This document shows positions 28,353 through 38,038 of a DNA stretch of 64,000 bases, piece after piece. A program made the position numbers and the translations under genes. Each line of letters starts with the position of its first letter. Position 1 is the stretch's first letter. The notes under the pieces were generated by a model. It saw only the letters and a list, made by a program, of their open reading frames with translations. It was not told the origin of the DNA and did no database searches. This stretch comes from a virus. The stretch covers positions 75,059 through 139,058 of IMG/VR virus record IMGVR_UViG_3300032331_000527; one strand, 5' to 3'.

Positions 28353-29041
28353 GCTATCTCCGCCAGGGCTTTACGAACTCGATATTCGTGGTCGTCGCGC
28401 ACGCGAATGAGATCAGCCACATAGTCGTTACGCTCGCCATGAAAAGCTTGGAACTCTTGGTCTTCGCTGACCATAAGGATAACGATATTAGGCGTCCTGA
28501 TTCCAGTGTGCTCTTCGAACATGATTGAGTAAGCCGTAGCCTGTAGGAAGTAATCCTTAATCATGTCGCGAGTTTTCATTCGCGTGGCAGTCTTGAAATC
28601 GACTACAGTGACTTCACCGTTCCACTCGCAGATTAAGTCTGCTGTCCCTGCGACCCTGAGAATATCTGAGAACATAGGCGTTTCAGACGCATAGACAAGT
28701 TGCAAATTTTCATCCAGACATTTCTGAACAGGACGAAAGTATGAGAGTGTCGTAGGTAGTATTTTTCTTGCATCTATTTCATCTCCGAGAATATATTTTT
28801 CCATGAGATTATGAAGAGCAGTCCCTCGGCTAGCTGCTTGTCTACTTATCTTGTTAGCTTGTTCTTCGCCGACACGACGTCGCCACTCAGCAAGAGACTT
28901 CTTCTTCTCAGGTTGAGAACCAAGAACGGTTGTTATTGATGGATATATGTTACCATCGGGGGTCGAATATCGACGCCCCAATGATGTGTTGATTTGAAAT
29001 GCTTTGGGTAAATCTATATGCGGACTATGGTCAAATTTCAC
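28349..29041 (-). CDS. PD-(D/E)xK exonuclease (Cas4/RecB-like)
   Basis: YPSITTVL...WRRRVG..RGTALH...AGTADL...DFKT...YFLQATAY. Confidence 0.88.
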   Translation of the reverse strand: MKFDHSPHIDLPKAFQINTSLGRRYSTPDGNIYPSITTVLGSQPEKKKSLAEWRRRVGEEQANKISRQAASRGTALHNLMEKYILGDEIDARKILPTTLSYFRPVQKCLDENLQLVYASETPMFSDILRVAGTADLICEWNGEVTVVDFKTATRMKTRDMIKDYFLQATAYSIMFEEHTGIRTPNIVILMVSEDQEFQAFHGERNDYVADLIRVRDDHEYRVRKALAEIA

Positions 29042-29811
29042 ACTATCATTCCTCGTTCTTCAAGATCTGTTCGCGTAATTATATAGTCGCGAACGAAGCC
29101 TGAACGAACGATATCATTCTTATCAAATTTGACAATATCAAAAGATTTCATTTCAGCTGCTACCTTGAGCAGATTAGGCATTCCGCTGCCTTCACGAGTA
29201 TAGTCCTTTTGCGTAAAGTCACCACAGAAGATAACACGACATCCTTCACCTACGCGAGTCATTACCGTATGGATTTCATGGTCACTCATATTTTGACACT
29301 CATCAATTATAATAATGTTATCGCGAAATGTCAAGCCGCGAAGGAACGATGTTGTGTCAAATTGAATGTAGCCATTCTGTTTCAGCCAGTCGTAAGGCTT
29401 ATCACAGACTTCCGAAATGATTCCTTGATAAGGGCTTTCGTACACAGCAGCTTTATCCTTAGCATTGCCAGGAAGGAAACCGATGTCACGAGTTGGCACT
29501 ACGCTTCGAAGGATGACGATTGGCTTAGGAGCGTCTCCACTAATCATAGCATTCATAGAAAGCCATAACGCAATAAACGTCTTGCCTGTACCCGCGCAGC
29601 CATGAAGAATAAGATTTCTGTCGGAATGAAATGCTTCAAACGCGATACGCTGAGCAGCAGTCTTTGGGGAGATTTTACACAGACTAGGAATAACAGGTTG
29701 TCGATATCCTCCTGTTGTTCTAGTTCTCTTTTTTTGCTTTCGTTCTTTTCTCGTCAAATACTTACTGGCTTCGGCTTCAAGAAATGCTTCGTCTATGACT
29801 GGAGGCTTCAT
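29038..29811 (-). CDS. phoH: PhoH-like ATPase
   Basis: GCAGTGKT, RDIGFLPG, FLRGLTF, IIDECQN, TRVGEG, GDFTQ.D, DIVRSG. Confidence 0.94.
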   Translation of the reverse strand: MKPPVIDEAFLEAEASKYLTRKERKQKKRTRTTGGYRQPVIPSLCKISPKTAAQRIAFEAFHSDRNLILHGCAGTGKTFIALWLSMNAMISGDAPKPIVILRSVVPTRDIGFLPGNAKDKAAVYESPYQGIISEVCDKPYDWLKQNGYIQFDTTSFLRGLTFRDNIIIIDECQNMSDHEIHTVMTRVGEGCRVIFCGDFTQKDYTREGSGMPNLLKVAAEMKSFDIVKFDKNDIVRSGFVRDYIITRTDLEERGMIV

Positions 29812-29883
29812 TGTGGCTCCGATTGTTATGGTTATAGGGAATCATAACGAAATACGAGAACGAGTCTGTGTCGTGAAATCTCC

Positions 29884-30117
29884 TTAGAATGTGTTGACGT
29901 TTGAGCGTGGATGTCGCTTCTTGATAGTCTTCAGAATATCTCTGAAGCCTGAGTCTGGTTTATTTTTGCTGGAAACGACGCCCGCTACGATAGGAGGAGC
30001 GCTGAGGCACTGACGCATGTGTGGATTCTCCGCGAGATAAGTCTCTAGCGCAGACCAAGACATGAATTCGGTGGAAGTTTCACCGGTTTCAGTATTTTCA
30101 ATTGTGTATGTTGGCAT
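29884..30117 (-). CDS. Conserved T4-like hypothetical protein
   Basis: MPTYT..N.ETGE...YL.ENP...KPD.GF.D.L..IK..HP.S. Confidence 0.7.
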   Translation of the reverse strand: MPTYTIENTETGETSTEFMSWSALETYLAENPHMRQCLSAPPIVAGVVSSKNKPDSGFRDILKTIKKRHPRSNVNTF

Positions 30118-30125
30118 CTTATCCT

Positions 30126-30812
30126 TTATTTAGTATCTGAGAGCACTTCCGAGAGTGACGGAAAAATCTTGATGATTTCATCCCAAGCCATAAGAGCAAT
30201 TTCGCGATGCTCTTTCTGAGTTGCTACATCAGTCCTAACTTCCGCATAATGAATCCAAGAGCGTAGAGACCCAGCCATATACAAACGACTAATGATAAGT
30301 CCCTCAGGCAGTACAGCACGAGCCTGCTCCTTGGCAATTCCGTTTTCGATGGCCCACTGATAGGTTTCTTTTGATTTTGTTGTGAGATGTCTTTGCATTT
30401 CCTCCCACATTTCACTGAGTGATTCGTCGTCCGTCTCAATCGAGTTCTGTCGATTTTTTGTGTCTTGTAGACGGGCTTCACGGGTAACGAACCCCATGTC
30501 TTGTGTCGGATCTGCATAGCGTTGACTGAACTCCTGAAAGCTGAATGAACGATGGCGCAGAATCTGACGAGCAATATCACGGGTCGTCGTGATTTCCATA
30601 CAGATAGAAATCATTTCAAATGGAGACCAATGCTTATGTTTGGCTAGATACTTAAGAAGTTTAGGAGCAGTTACAATATTCATCTGATTAGATGGATTAC
30701 TCACGCGAGCGACGTATGCGATAAACTCATCTACTGTTAGCTTCTGTGGTTCTCCTGGAGCATCCGTCCAGATCCGCGGTTCACTTACAGCTACAACCTG
30801 TACTTTTTGCAT
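30126..30812 (-). CDS. thyX: Flavin-dependent thymidylate synthase
   Basis: RQILRHRSFSFQEFSQRY signature, AKEQARAVLP, TQKEHR. Confidence 0.96.
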   Translation of the reverse strand: MQKVQVVAVSEPRIWTDAPGEPQKLTVDEFIAYVARVSNPSNQMNIVTAPKLLKYLAKHKHWSPFEMISICMEITTTRDIARQILRHRSFSFQEFSQRYADPTQDMGFVTREARLQDTKNRQNSIETDDESLSEMWEEMQRHLTTKSKETYQWAIENGIAKEQARAVLPEGLIISRLYMAGSLRSWIHYAEVRTDVATQKEHREIALMAWDEIIKIFPSLSEVLSDTK

Positions 30813-31020
30813 TACGAGCATCCTCAATGAGTTTCAAAATTTGTGCAGTGCTTTCTTCGACTTCCCAAGTGATAACTCCACCTAGTCCACCGTAGACGAA
30901 AGACGAAAGGCTTCCGTCTGGAACTTTAGAATGTTCGTAGACGCAAGTTATATGATCTGCATTAACGTAGAGAGGTTCTCCACGATAATCTCCGCTTACG
31001 TTTGTGAGTTTGATGAACAT
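30781..31020 (-). CDS. Hypothetical protein (FlbD-like pattern)
   Basis: MFIKLT...YVNADHI...VEES..QIL. Confidence 0.5.
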   Translation of the reverse strand: MFIKLTNVSGDYRGEPLYVNADHITCVYEHSKVPDGSLSSFVYGGLGGVITWEVEESTAQILKLIEDARNAKSTGCSCK

Positions 31021-31544
31021 GTGAACCACTCCGGAATTTCACGATTCGTCCATTTTGCGAATCGTGCTTTATCTTTTATATAGTATGCGCGATAGCCGTC
31101 CACAGGATCGAGACGCTTGCAGTCGTCTGGCATAGCTTGAGGAAACTCGTAGACAGGACCATTCTTGAGACTGTTAGGCTTATGCGACAAGATTTTCCAT
31201 AACAGTTCGCTCTTATGAACTCTGTTGTAGCGATAACGATACTCGTTCAGCAGCGCACGGAATAACATAAGAGCCCACACATAGTTATCTGACGACTGCA
31301 TCACCCACTGAGTACACGGATGACCTACATGCGTGGCTTTGTATAGAGTAAGCTCGCGATCATCGTGTAGTTTCCAACGCTTGATCTTACGACCAGACGA
31401 TGCGTCGGTATACTCTTCGCCGTCAAGAATACGATGCGCCGTAGAAAGCATCTGCGCTTCCTCAAGGATCATCTTGACCACATGCTTGTCACAGTGATAC
31501 TCTGCGGCCTTGACTGGATTCTGGTCTAGAATAAACCGATTCAT
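30996..31544 (-). CDS. Pyrimidine-dimer DNA glycosylase-family protein
   Basis: CDKHVVKMILEEAQMLSTAH...YKATH.GHPC..W...AYY..DK. Confidence 0.75.
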   Translation of the reverse strand: MNRFILDQNPVKAAEYHCDKHVVKMILEEAQMLSTAHRILDGEEYTDASSGRKIKRWKLHDDRELTLYKATHVGHPCTQWVMQSSDNYVWALMLFRALLNEYRYRYNRVHKSELLWKILSHKPNSLKNGPVYEFPQAMPDDCKRLDPVDGYRAYYIKDKARFAKWTNREIPEWFTCSSNSQT

Positions 31545-31723
31545 TCACTTCTCCCGTCATATAAGTTTCCTACTGGGTATAATTAACAACCAAGGTCTTG
31601 GCTTTTTCATAATATCTTCTACTGTAACTTTCAAGCAGCCTCTACGATAATAGTTACGATACCTATTCGTAATTGATATTACTGGTTGAAATGTATCTTG
31701 ATTGATTCCAGCTTGCTGTTTCA

Positions 31724-32425
31724 TCATTTTCTATCTCCTAGCAACTGGAGCAGGTTCACAAAGATATTGATGAAGTCTAGGTAAAGATTGAGAGCGCCAA
31801 AAATACCAGCCTTGCGGATTTCTTCGTCATCATTTAGTTCATAATACTTCTCTTTGAGATCCTGCATGTCATATGCAGTGAAGCCAACAAAGATAAGGAC
31901 ACCGATAACACTGATGGCAAAGGCCATAACGCTACTCTGTAGAAACAGATTGACGACACCAGCAATCATCAAACCAATAGCACCCATCATGAGAAACGAT
32001 CCCATGCTACTCAGGTCACGCTTAGTTGTATATCCATACAATGCAGTAGCACCAAATGTTGCAGCACTAATGAAGAACACATTAGCAATGCTGCCCAGCT
32101 TGAATATCATAAAGATGCTACTAAGGCTCAGGCCCATCAAAGCAGAGAAACAATAAAGCATAGTCCTTGCTGTGCTTGATGACATACTATCTGCCATGTA
32201 CGAGAACAAAAACACGAATGCAAGAGGCGCAAAGATAGCAACCCACTTGAATGGTGTTCCCCAAATGGCTGCACCAATCTCAGGTGTGAGACCAATGTAT
32301 GCGCTGACAACCGCACTGATTAGTAGTGCGATTCCCATGTGATTGAACACACCAACAAGATATGTTCTGAGACCCCAATCAACGACTGGTGCTGGATATG
32401 CTTGTGATTCGTTTTGATAAGACAT
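31724..32425 (-). CDS. Bax inhibitor-1/YccA family membrane protein
   Basis: About 7 hydrophobic segments. YGYTTKRDLS, TAYD.Q..K, GAL.LYLDFINIF..LLQLLG. Confidence 0.9.
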   Translation of the reverse strand: MSYQNESQAYPAPVVDWGLRTYLVGVFNHMGIALLISAVVSAYIGLTPEIGAAIWGTPFKWVAIFAPLAFVFLFSYMADSMSSSTARTMLYCFSALMGLSLSSIFMIFKLGSIANVFFISAATFGATALYGYTTKRDLSSMGSFLMMGAIGLMIAGVVNLFLQSSVMAFAISVIGVLIFVGFTAYDMQDLKEKYYELNDDEEIRKAGIFGALNLYLDFINIFVNLLQLLGDRK

Positions 32426-32428
32426 GCC

Positions 32429-32809
32429 TTACTCCTTGTTTAGCCAGGGTTCAGAACCTTGCCCATAGTTTTCGGTCCAATCGAGAGGTTCTTTCCCCTC
32501 CAATGCTTTGCGGCAAGCCCACAATTGACAAACTTGTCCGCTTTTCTCGTCGCAATTCGACTCGCAAACGCAATTTGCATATTTCCGCAGCACCGCCTCC
32601 AGCTTCTCGATGCGGGCGGCGGCTTTATTGAAAGCATGGAAATACAACTTAAATTGGCTTTCCAGCTTTTCGATGCGCTGTTCTTTATCAGCAATGGTCT
32701 GCTTCATTTCCATGATGCCGCCAGGGCCAGATTCAAGTTCTTTAATTCTCTGCTCCAGCCAGATTATTTGGCTTGATGCTGGGGTTCCCTTGTAGCTCAT
32801 TTTCGTCAT
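32429..32809 (-). CDS. Hypothetical coiled-coil protein
   Basis: ORF in the early operon with RIEKLE repeats. Confidence 0.5.
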   Translation of the reverse strand: MTKMSYKGTPASSQIIWLEQRIKELESGPGGIMEMKQTIADKEQRIEKLESQFKLYFHAFNKAAARIEKLEAVLRKYANCVCESNCDEKSGQVCQLWACRKALEGKEPLDWTENYGQGSEPWLNKE

Positions 32810-33017
32810 CTCCAGGATGAATGGTAAGTGTTGCTTCTCTTAGTCTGTATCCACGATCATGCCATGCTTGAATTATACGGGGGCGTTCGATATCATGTAC
32901 CTCGTGCCCAAGCTTTCTATACCATGCTTCACCAGCAGTAGGAGCAAATGTCCAGTATCCGAGTTTCCAATCTGGATCACCAGGCGGAACAATTACGAAA
33001 CCTTTGATTTCCTTCAT
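32742..33017 (-). CDS. Hypothetical protein
   Basis: ORF with a GGAG RBS. Confidence 0.5.
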   Translation of the reverse strand: MKEIKGFVIVPPGDPDWKLGYWTFAPTAGEAWYRKLGHEVHDIERPRIIQAWHDRGYRLREATLTIHPGDDENELQGNPSIKPNNLAGAEN

Positions 33018-33018
33018 A

Positions 33019-33705
33019 TCAAATCTCCACAATCTTCGGAGCATATCTCCAATAGTCGTCACGCTCATTCTTGTAGCCACGCGGGTGACATACGACGCGA
33101 GTATCACCAATCATATAGTCAAAATCATCGTGCGTGTGCCCGTGAATCCAAAGCTTAGGTGGCTTTTTCATATTGAGAATCTGTTTCTCAAGATTATTGG
33201 CAAAGCACACATTATGCGGATCGTTCATATAGCGTTCATGCACCGAACGCATCGTAGGCGCATGATGCGACACGATGATATCAGCATCCATACCGAATAG
33301 GAAATGCTTGTGCATCTCGTGGGCCTCAATCATAGCCTCGTGATTGAGGTCATCGATATAGACACAATCAATCAGGCCTTTCTTGTATGTATACCAAGCA
33401 AGATTGTCGCGAACATCAGTCCACAGAGTAGCACCAGCGATACGCACACCATTGACCTCACGCAGGATCGTGTGATACTTGGCGTCCGAGAACGTGTTGC
33501 CGTAGTAATCATGGTTGCCATTGATAGACAACATGTGGTCGTAATGCTTCTGGGTAAATCGTGCGCGATGGTCATTGTCCTCGCAGATATCGCCAGCGCA
33601 GATATAAAACACGTCTGCCTCAGGATCAAAGTCCCAAGGCGTTTCCTCCGTCTTCACAGTCTTGTACATGTGAAGGTCTGACATAATGCCAATCTTCATA
33701 GCCAT
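33019..33705 (-). CDS. Calcineurin-like metallophosphoesterase
   Basis: SDLH, AGDI, GNHDYY, SHHAP, WIHGHTH, PRGY. Confidence 0.9.
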   Translation of the reverse strand: MAMKIGIMSDLHMYKTVKTEETPWDFDPEADVFYICAGDICEDNDHRARFTQKHYDHMLSINGNHDYYGNTFSDAKYHTILREVNGVRIAGATLWTDVRDNLAWYTYKKGLIDCVYIDDLNHEAMIEAHEMHKHFLFGMDADIIVSHHAPTMRSVHERYMNDPHNVCFANNLEKQILNMKKPPKLWIHGHTHDDFDYMIGDTRVVCHPRGYKNERDDYWRYAPKIVEI

Positions 33706-33724
33706 CTCCTTAATTCATATGACT

Positions 33725-33753
33725 ATTATAGTCCGTTTCATGTCGTTCGTCAA
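33725..33753 (-). promoter_or_regulatory. Early sigma70-type promoter
   Basis: TTGACG-N17-TATAAT. Confidence 0.7.
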
Positions 33754-33756
33754 GAC

Positions 33757-33915
33757 TTACCAGTGACGTATCACGCCAGCAATGATAAAGCAATTCGTCA
33801 CTATGTAGGACACAACGATAAGAGTTCGAACCAGTGCTACCCGGTCCGACTCCCTATCATTAATACCTTCTTTTCTGCCGAGGGCTTTGGCCCAGATGCG
33901 CCAGAACTTAGCCAA
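33757..33915 (-). CDS. Small membrane protein (WRIWAKALG family)
   Basis: Manual translation ..FWRIWAKALGRKEG..DRVALVRTLIV...IIAGVIRHW. Start uncertain. Confidence 0.55.
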   Translation of the reverse strand: MAKFWRIWAKALGRKEGINDRESDRVALVRTLIVVSYIVTNCFIIAGVIRHW

Positions 33916-34004
33916 GACGCTCGTTCCAGTATTCTACGATATCAGCCCAAAGATCTGGGAAATAGCCATTAGCGAGCATGTCGTTATATACCATCTGTTC
34001 GAAC

Positions 34005-34262
34005 TCAGTCATTGTTAAAGAACTCCTTCTGCTCATCGGGGGTCATATGATACTCAAGCACACGCTTCATTGCTTTGCGTGTGCGACGGAAATCCTGAAG
34101 ATCTTGTTTCTGCCACAACTCGAGCTTTCCTGTCGACTTAATCTTATGCTTCAGATCGCGAATCTGATCAGTGAGATCGTTGAAGGTAATCTTAAGGCTT
34201 TCTAGAACAATCTTGTCTGCTAGCTCATAGTTGATATCAATATGCATCTTGATCCCAGTCAT
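34005..34262 (-). CDS. Hypothetical protein
   Basis: Packed ORF in the early operon. Confidence 0.55.
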   Translation of the reverse strand: MTGIKMHIDINYELADKIVLESLKITFNDLTDQIRDLKHKIKSTGKLELWQKQDLQDFRRTRKAMKRVLEYHMTPDEQKEFFNND

Positions 34263-34733
34263 TCACTTATCCTCCATATGCTCATAACAGGTATGACGGT
34301 ATCCGCCGTCTTCGGTAGGCCAGCCGCAGCTGGTAACTTCATAGCATCCTGGCTCGTCACAACAATTCAGGACTTCTTTTAGTTCCTTGAAATGATATTC
34401 GCGCATGTCTTCGCGACCTTGCTCGAATGCTCCCTTGAGCATACGCCTGGCATCGGGCAATGCCTCAGCGTTAAACTCATTGCTGATGAATAGCCCATCA
34501 CTACACAATGGCGCATAAGCATCAGGGCCAAAACCAAGGCGTTCATAAATCAGATAACGGTATGATCCGCTTTCTGCGCCATGAGCAGCAATGTGTTTGA
34601 ACACCCAACGAGTAACTGCAAGCTTCATATCATAATCGCAGGTTTCTGCGAGATTGTCAAGTTCTTTTTCACGCTCAGCCATTGCTTCACCTATCTTTGC
34701 GAAATCTTCCCACATATCATCTTTGTCGGTCAT
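34263..34733 (-). CDS. Hypothetical protein with C-terminal Cys/His cluster
   Basis: SYRYLIYERLGF..DAY and CDEPGC...CGWP...C.EH. Confidence 0.6.
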   Translation of the reverse strand: MTDKDDMWEDFAKIGEAMAEREKELDNLAETCDYDMKLAVTRWVFKHIAAHGAESGSYRYLIYERLGFGPDAYAPLCSDGLFISNEFNAEALPDARRMLKGAFEQGREDMREYHFKELKEVLNCCDEPGCYEVTSCGWPTEDGGYRHTCYEHMEDK

Positions 34734-34939
34734 GGGATCATATCCACAATTCGACCAGTCTGCTCACTCACAGCACGCACGCGAATAGTATATGGTGTTG
34801 CGTTTTGAGCCCGCTTTACTTGCATCATGCGCTGAGTAATTTCCTGAGAGTTGTTGATGATAGAACCCTGACAAACAGTCCAATCCATAACGACTTGTCC
34901 AGAAAGACCCAGCATCATCATTTCTATGCGTACAAACAT
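34730..34939 (-). CDS. Hypothetical protein
   Basis: ATGA-coupled ORF. Confidence 0.5.
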   Translation of the reverse strand: MFVRIEMMMLGLSGQVVMDWTVCQGSIINNSQEITQRMMQVKRAQNATPYTIRVRAVSEQTGRIVDMIP

Positions 34940-34940
34940 A

Positions 34941-35225
34941 TCAAAACTCCTTCCATATGTAGCTTGAGTTTTTGGTCTTGAACTTTACGGTCCAGAAACC
35001 TTCATCATTGACTGACTCCTCAGTGATCTCGGTAATCGGTGTGGTCTGCCAGTAATCTGACGCGGAGTATGTACGACCATACGGCGAGCCGACGCGAACA
35101 CCATAACCAACCATAGGATAGTCGGCATTCTTTACAGCCGTGCCGCTTTCAGCGTCAAGGATTTCACACATAGGCCCGGAGTCACCAGCACCATCTTTGT
35201 CACGCACCAACGAATATCTAGGCAT
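34941..35225 (-). CDS. Hypothetical protein
   Basis: MPRYSLVR..DGAGDSG...WQTT.ITEI...FKT.NS.Y phage family. Confidence 0.55.
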   Translation of the reverse strand: MPRYSLVRDKDGAGDSGPMCEILDAESGTAVKNADYPMVGYGVRVGSPYGRTYSASDYWQTTPITEITEESVNDEGFWTVKFKTKNSSYIWKEF

Positions 35226-35575
35226 CAGTCTAATCCAAAATGATCTTTGATTGATGTGGATACAGGAAATGTCCTGCATTTATATTGCGAATCATCAGCA
35301 AGTGTGATGCACTCCTCAGCGACTAACTTGATAAGCTTCATAACATCATCGGAAATATCCACACCTTCGCGCCAGCGAGAAAGTATCTCATCTCCATCAA
35401 CGCGAAAGCCAGCTTGAGTAATGATCTCGTGTAAACGCTCTTCGGTAATCAACGGTTCTCTCCTTGGACCCCACGGTGAAAAATCTTCATACTCACCATC
35501 ATCTAGTGGATTATATCCTCCGAATGGCATCACTTCACCACACAACGAGTCTGGATGTTGGTATCGTTCATCCAA
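35225..35575 (-). CDS. Hypothetical protein
   Basis: Ends ECI...IKDHFG, like the ORF at 26778. Confidence 0.5.
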   Translation of the reverse strand: MDERYQHPDSLCGEVMPFGGYNPLDDGEYEDFSPWGPRREPLITEERLHEIITQAGFRVDGDEILSRWREGVDISDDVMKLIKLVAEECITLADDSQYKCRTFPVSTSIKDHFGLD

Positions 35576-35718
35576 CGTCCATTGACATCCTTAGCAGCCT
35601 TTTGGACGACGATAGCAGCGACCTCACAAGCCTGCTGCCCTTTGTATTCCTGTTGGGAGACTGAAACACCATTATAGGCATTGGTCACTACGATCAGGAC
35701 ATATAGCATCACTTGCAC
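35530..35718 (-). CDS. Small hypothetical protein
   Basis: Hydrophobic N-terminus and an ACE.AA...CV pattern. Confidence 0.45.
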   Translation of the reverse strand: MQVMLYVLIVVTNAYNGVSVSQQEYKGQQACEVAAIVVQKAAKDVNGRWMNDTNIQTRCVVK

Positions 35719-36086
35719 TCCCTTACATGCTTGCAGTCTTTACGAAAGCCGAAGCCAACACAAGTGCAGCTCCAGTGCGAACCATCACAAGTTACAGTGT
35801 ACGACGAGCCAGGCTTTGAACCCTTGACAGAGAAAAGCTTCTTGCTACTAGCAGCAGGCGCTGGCAAATAGCTCTGAAGGAAAGCTTTACACCAAGCCTT
35901 CTCTATCACGCGGACGGGAAACTTGGCATCACCCGTAGACAGGCAGAAAACATCATTGCCAAAGCCTTTGAGATTAGGCACGATGGTGCCGGTGTACTGA
36001 TTCCACTCACGGATTACACCAGCAGCATACACAGCTGGATTACGAGCGTCGCGGACTTGGACAGTTACAACATCGCCAACTTTCAT
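35709..36086 (-). CDS. SWIM zinc-finger protein
   Basis: YTV...WSCTCVGFGFRKDCKHV. Confidence 0.75.
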   Translation of the reverse strand: MKVGDVVTVQVRDARNPAVYAAGVIREWNQYTGTIVPNLKGFGNDVFCLSTGDAKFPVRVIEKAWCKAFLQSYLPAPAASSKKLFSVKGSKPGSSYTVTCDGSHWSCTCVGFGFRKDCKHVRECK

Positions 36087-36109
36087 GCCTGATCTCCTAT
36101 CTATGAAGT

Positions 36110-36138
36110 ATTATATCATCGATTTCGATAGCTGTCAA
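36110..36138 (-). promoter_or_regulatory. Early sigma70-type promoter
   Basis: TTGACA-N17-TATAAT. Confidence 0.75.
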
Positions 36139-36709
36139 GTATCACGTCTATCGTACCAAACATCTGCTCTATCGTGCCATTGTTATAGACAATAGCATCT
36201 ACAGGCTCTCTGTTCCAAGCAGTTTCGCTCGTGTGAATATGCTCAGGATTTTTGCCAAACCAATCGGGAAGAGGACCACGCTGAACGTGCCAAATCTTGC
36301 CACCAAGACGACGAATCATTTCTATTTCATTGGGAAAGCGCACGTCACTGATAACGAAGTCGCTTATGCCAAGTGAAAGATGATCCAATATACGCTTTTC
36401 TGTGGCTAACGCCCAGATTTCATTATGGAGATGATTTCTCATGACTTCAGTTCCCATGAACTGAAGCATATATCGCGGAGACACATCAAAGCCAAGACGC
36501 TTGCTCCACCATTCGTCTTTGATTTCACGCTCATCGCGAGACTGTTTGGTATCACCTTCGAGCATATCACGATCCCAGCCAAAGATACACGCAGCTGCAT
36601 CCTTCAGTGTTTCTGCGAAGGACACGCCGACATAATCGTGCTGTTTCATGAGATGCTCAGCCGCAGTACCTTTGCCTGAGCCAATGAGTCCACACAATCC
36701 AATGATCAC
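36116..36709 (-). CDS. Deoxynucleoside monophosphate kinase (gp1-like)
   Basis: MIIGLCGLIGSGKGT, SFA..LKD, PR..LQ..GTE, SDVRFPNE, H.SE. Confidence 0.9.
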   Translation of the reverse strand: MIIGLCGLIGSGKGTAAEHLMKQHDYVGVSFAETLKDAAACIFGWDRDMLEGDTKQSRDEREIKDEWWSKRLGFDVSPRYMLQFMGTEVMRNHLHNEIWALATEKRILDHLSLGISDFVISDVRFPNEIEMIRRLGGKIWHVQRGPLPDWFGKNPEHIHTSETAWNREPVDAIVYNNGTIEQMFGTIDVILDSYRNR

Positions 36710-36960
36710 TTATCATTCTCCATAGAACGAGCCACAAGTCCATCAGCGACTTGATAGAACTCTTCAGCCATTCGTCTTATGCCATATGCTTCTACCCACG
36801 TTTCATGGATCGTATGGAAAGCAGTATCGAGAGCGAGTTCTGCTGCTTCGCGCTCATCCATTCCTTGTGCGACTAGTTTATCCGTATTAGCGTGCACAAA
36901 ACCCAAGAATGAGTTCTTTATCATACGAATTCTATGGGCTTTGAGCTTGTCGGTAGTCAT
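36706..36960 (-). CDS. Hypothetical protein
   Basis: Coupled ORF. Confidence 0.5.
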   Translation of the reverse strand: MTTDKLKAHRIRMIKNSFLGFVHANTDKLVAQGMDEREAAELALDTAFHTIHETWVEAYGIRRMAEEFYQVADGLVARSMENDK

Positions 36961-37205
36961 AGAGGCATATCCATGTCTAGGAATTTGAGTTCCAAGAACT
37001 TGCGAAAGTTCTCAGGTGTATCTGTTATATATGACTGTCGGATGAGCCAGAGAATGCGATCGCTATTCGTCTCGCGAGCTTTCATATCATGCTCGTCAAA
37101 CACAACGAAACCACGATCTTCGAGTATTTCGATGAGATCGTCAGTATCGAAGTCGTTGATATCTACGTCTACATCTACGTCTACTGTAACAGTTTTACGA
37201 CTCAT
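36957..37205 (-). CDS. Hypothetical acidic protein
   Basis: VDVDVDVDINDFDTDDLIEILE..G pattern. Confidence 0.55.
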   Translation of the reverse strand: MSRKTVTVDVDVDVDINDFDTDDLIEILEDRGFVVFDEHDMKARETNSDRILWLIRQSYITDTPENFRKFLELKFLDMDMPL

Positions 37206-37674
37206 TGGATTCTTCCTCATCAACCATGAAGTCGCTGATGGCGAAACACTCGTCAATATCAGCGGGAACGTTTTCCTTCACCCAACGCCAGTCGTGCTCG
37301 GAGATATCATAATAGTCTTCCTCATCACTTTCGCTGCAATACTTACCACAAAAGCCTACTCCAGACTCATAGTAGAAAGCTTCAACATCAAAGCCAAGCT
37401 CAGCAATATGCTTATAGAATCCGATAGGCGGAGCCCACGCAGAATCGAACCATATATCTAGCGATCCCTCGCTAAGATTATCAACTGCGTCGCTGCATTC
37501 CACGTCCCATTTCGTGCCCCAATTTTCAGCGCACCAACCATACTCCCACTCTCCTTCGGGAGCAGGCATGAAAGTCATCATAGGATTACCTTGGACAAAG
37601 GCTTCAGCTAGACGCTTCAGCTCGCTCTGATCCTTGTGTCCAAATGTAGCAACGTTCTGGCACCAATTAGGCAT
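37195..37674 (-). CDS. YubB/DUF1281 ferredoxin-like protein
   Basis: MPNWCQN...WYGWC.ENWGTKWD-type motif (WEYGWCAENWGTKWD)...FDSAWAPP...YYESG..FCG. Confidence 0.8.
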   Translation of the reverse strand: MPNWCQNVATFGHKDQSELKRLAEAFVQGNPMMTFMPAPEGEWEYGWCAENWGTKWDVECSDAVDNLSEGSLDIWFDSAWAPPIGFYKHIAELGFDVEAFYYESGVGFCGKYCSESDEEDYYDISEHDWRWVKENVPADIDECFAISDFMVDEEESNES

Positions 37675-37832
37675 TAGACTACTCCACAGGCTTTATAGAA
37701 ACGGTCGAAGTCGAACTTCGCATTGATGCGCTTACACGCAGTCGCAGCAGCGATCGCGGCGTTCAGTCGTGCGTGAGGATCCATGATATTACGAATCTCT
37801 TCAGCGAAGATTTCAAAATGCTTGCGTGTCAT
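37674..37832 (-). CDS. Small hypothetical protein
   Basis: Manual translation MTRKHFEIFAEEI...NAKFDFDRFYKACG. Confidence 0.6.
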   Translation of the reverse strand: MTRKHFEIFAEEIRNIMDPHARLNAAIAAATACKRINAKFDFDRFYKACGVV

Positions 37833-37834
37833 GT

Positions 37835-38038
37835 TCAGCTCCGTTCAATAATGTCAAGAAGATCGTTCAGCCACATTTCCTCATTGGCTAGACGGCAGTT
37901 GATACCCAGATCAAACTCGTCGTCAGCCGAAACTCTAACGGCTAACGCACGCCTCACGTCGTCCAGACGATCGTAAAGCTGTTCGACAATCTCTTCTTTC
38001 GCTGTTTCTGGATTAGCGGCAAGGAACGTCACACTCAT
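37835..38038 (-). CDS. Small acidic hypothetical protein
   Basis: Coupled ORF, D/E rich. Confidence 0.55.
   Translation of the reverse strand: MSVTFLAANPETAKEEIVEQLYDRLDDVRRALAVRVSADDEFDLGINCRLANEEMWLNDLLDIIERS

Noticed and set aside
27970-28424. Plus-strand ORFs 27970, 28001 and 28137
   Set aside because: Antisense shadows of the tmRNA and its promoter.
28349-29041. Cas4-like nuclease as evidence of CRISPR-Cas
   Set aside because: Stand-alone exonuclease common in T4-like phages, with no array or other cas genes.
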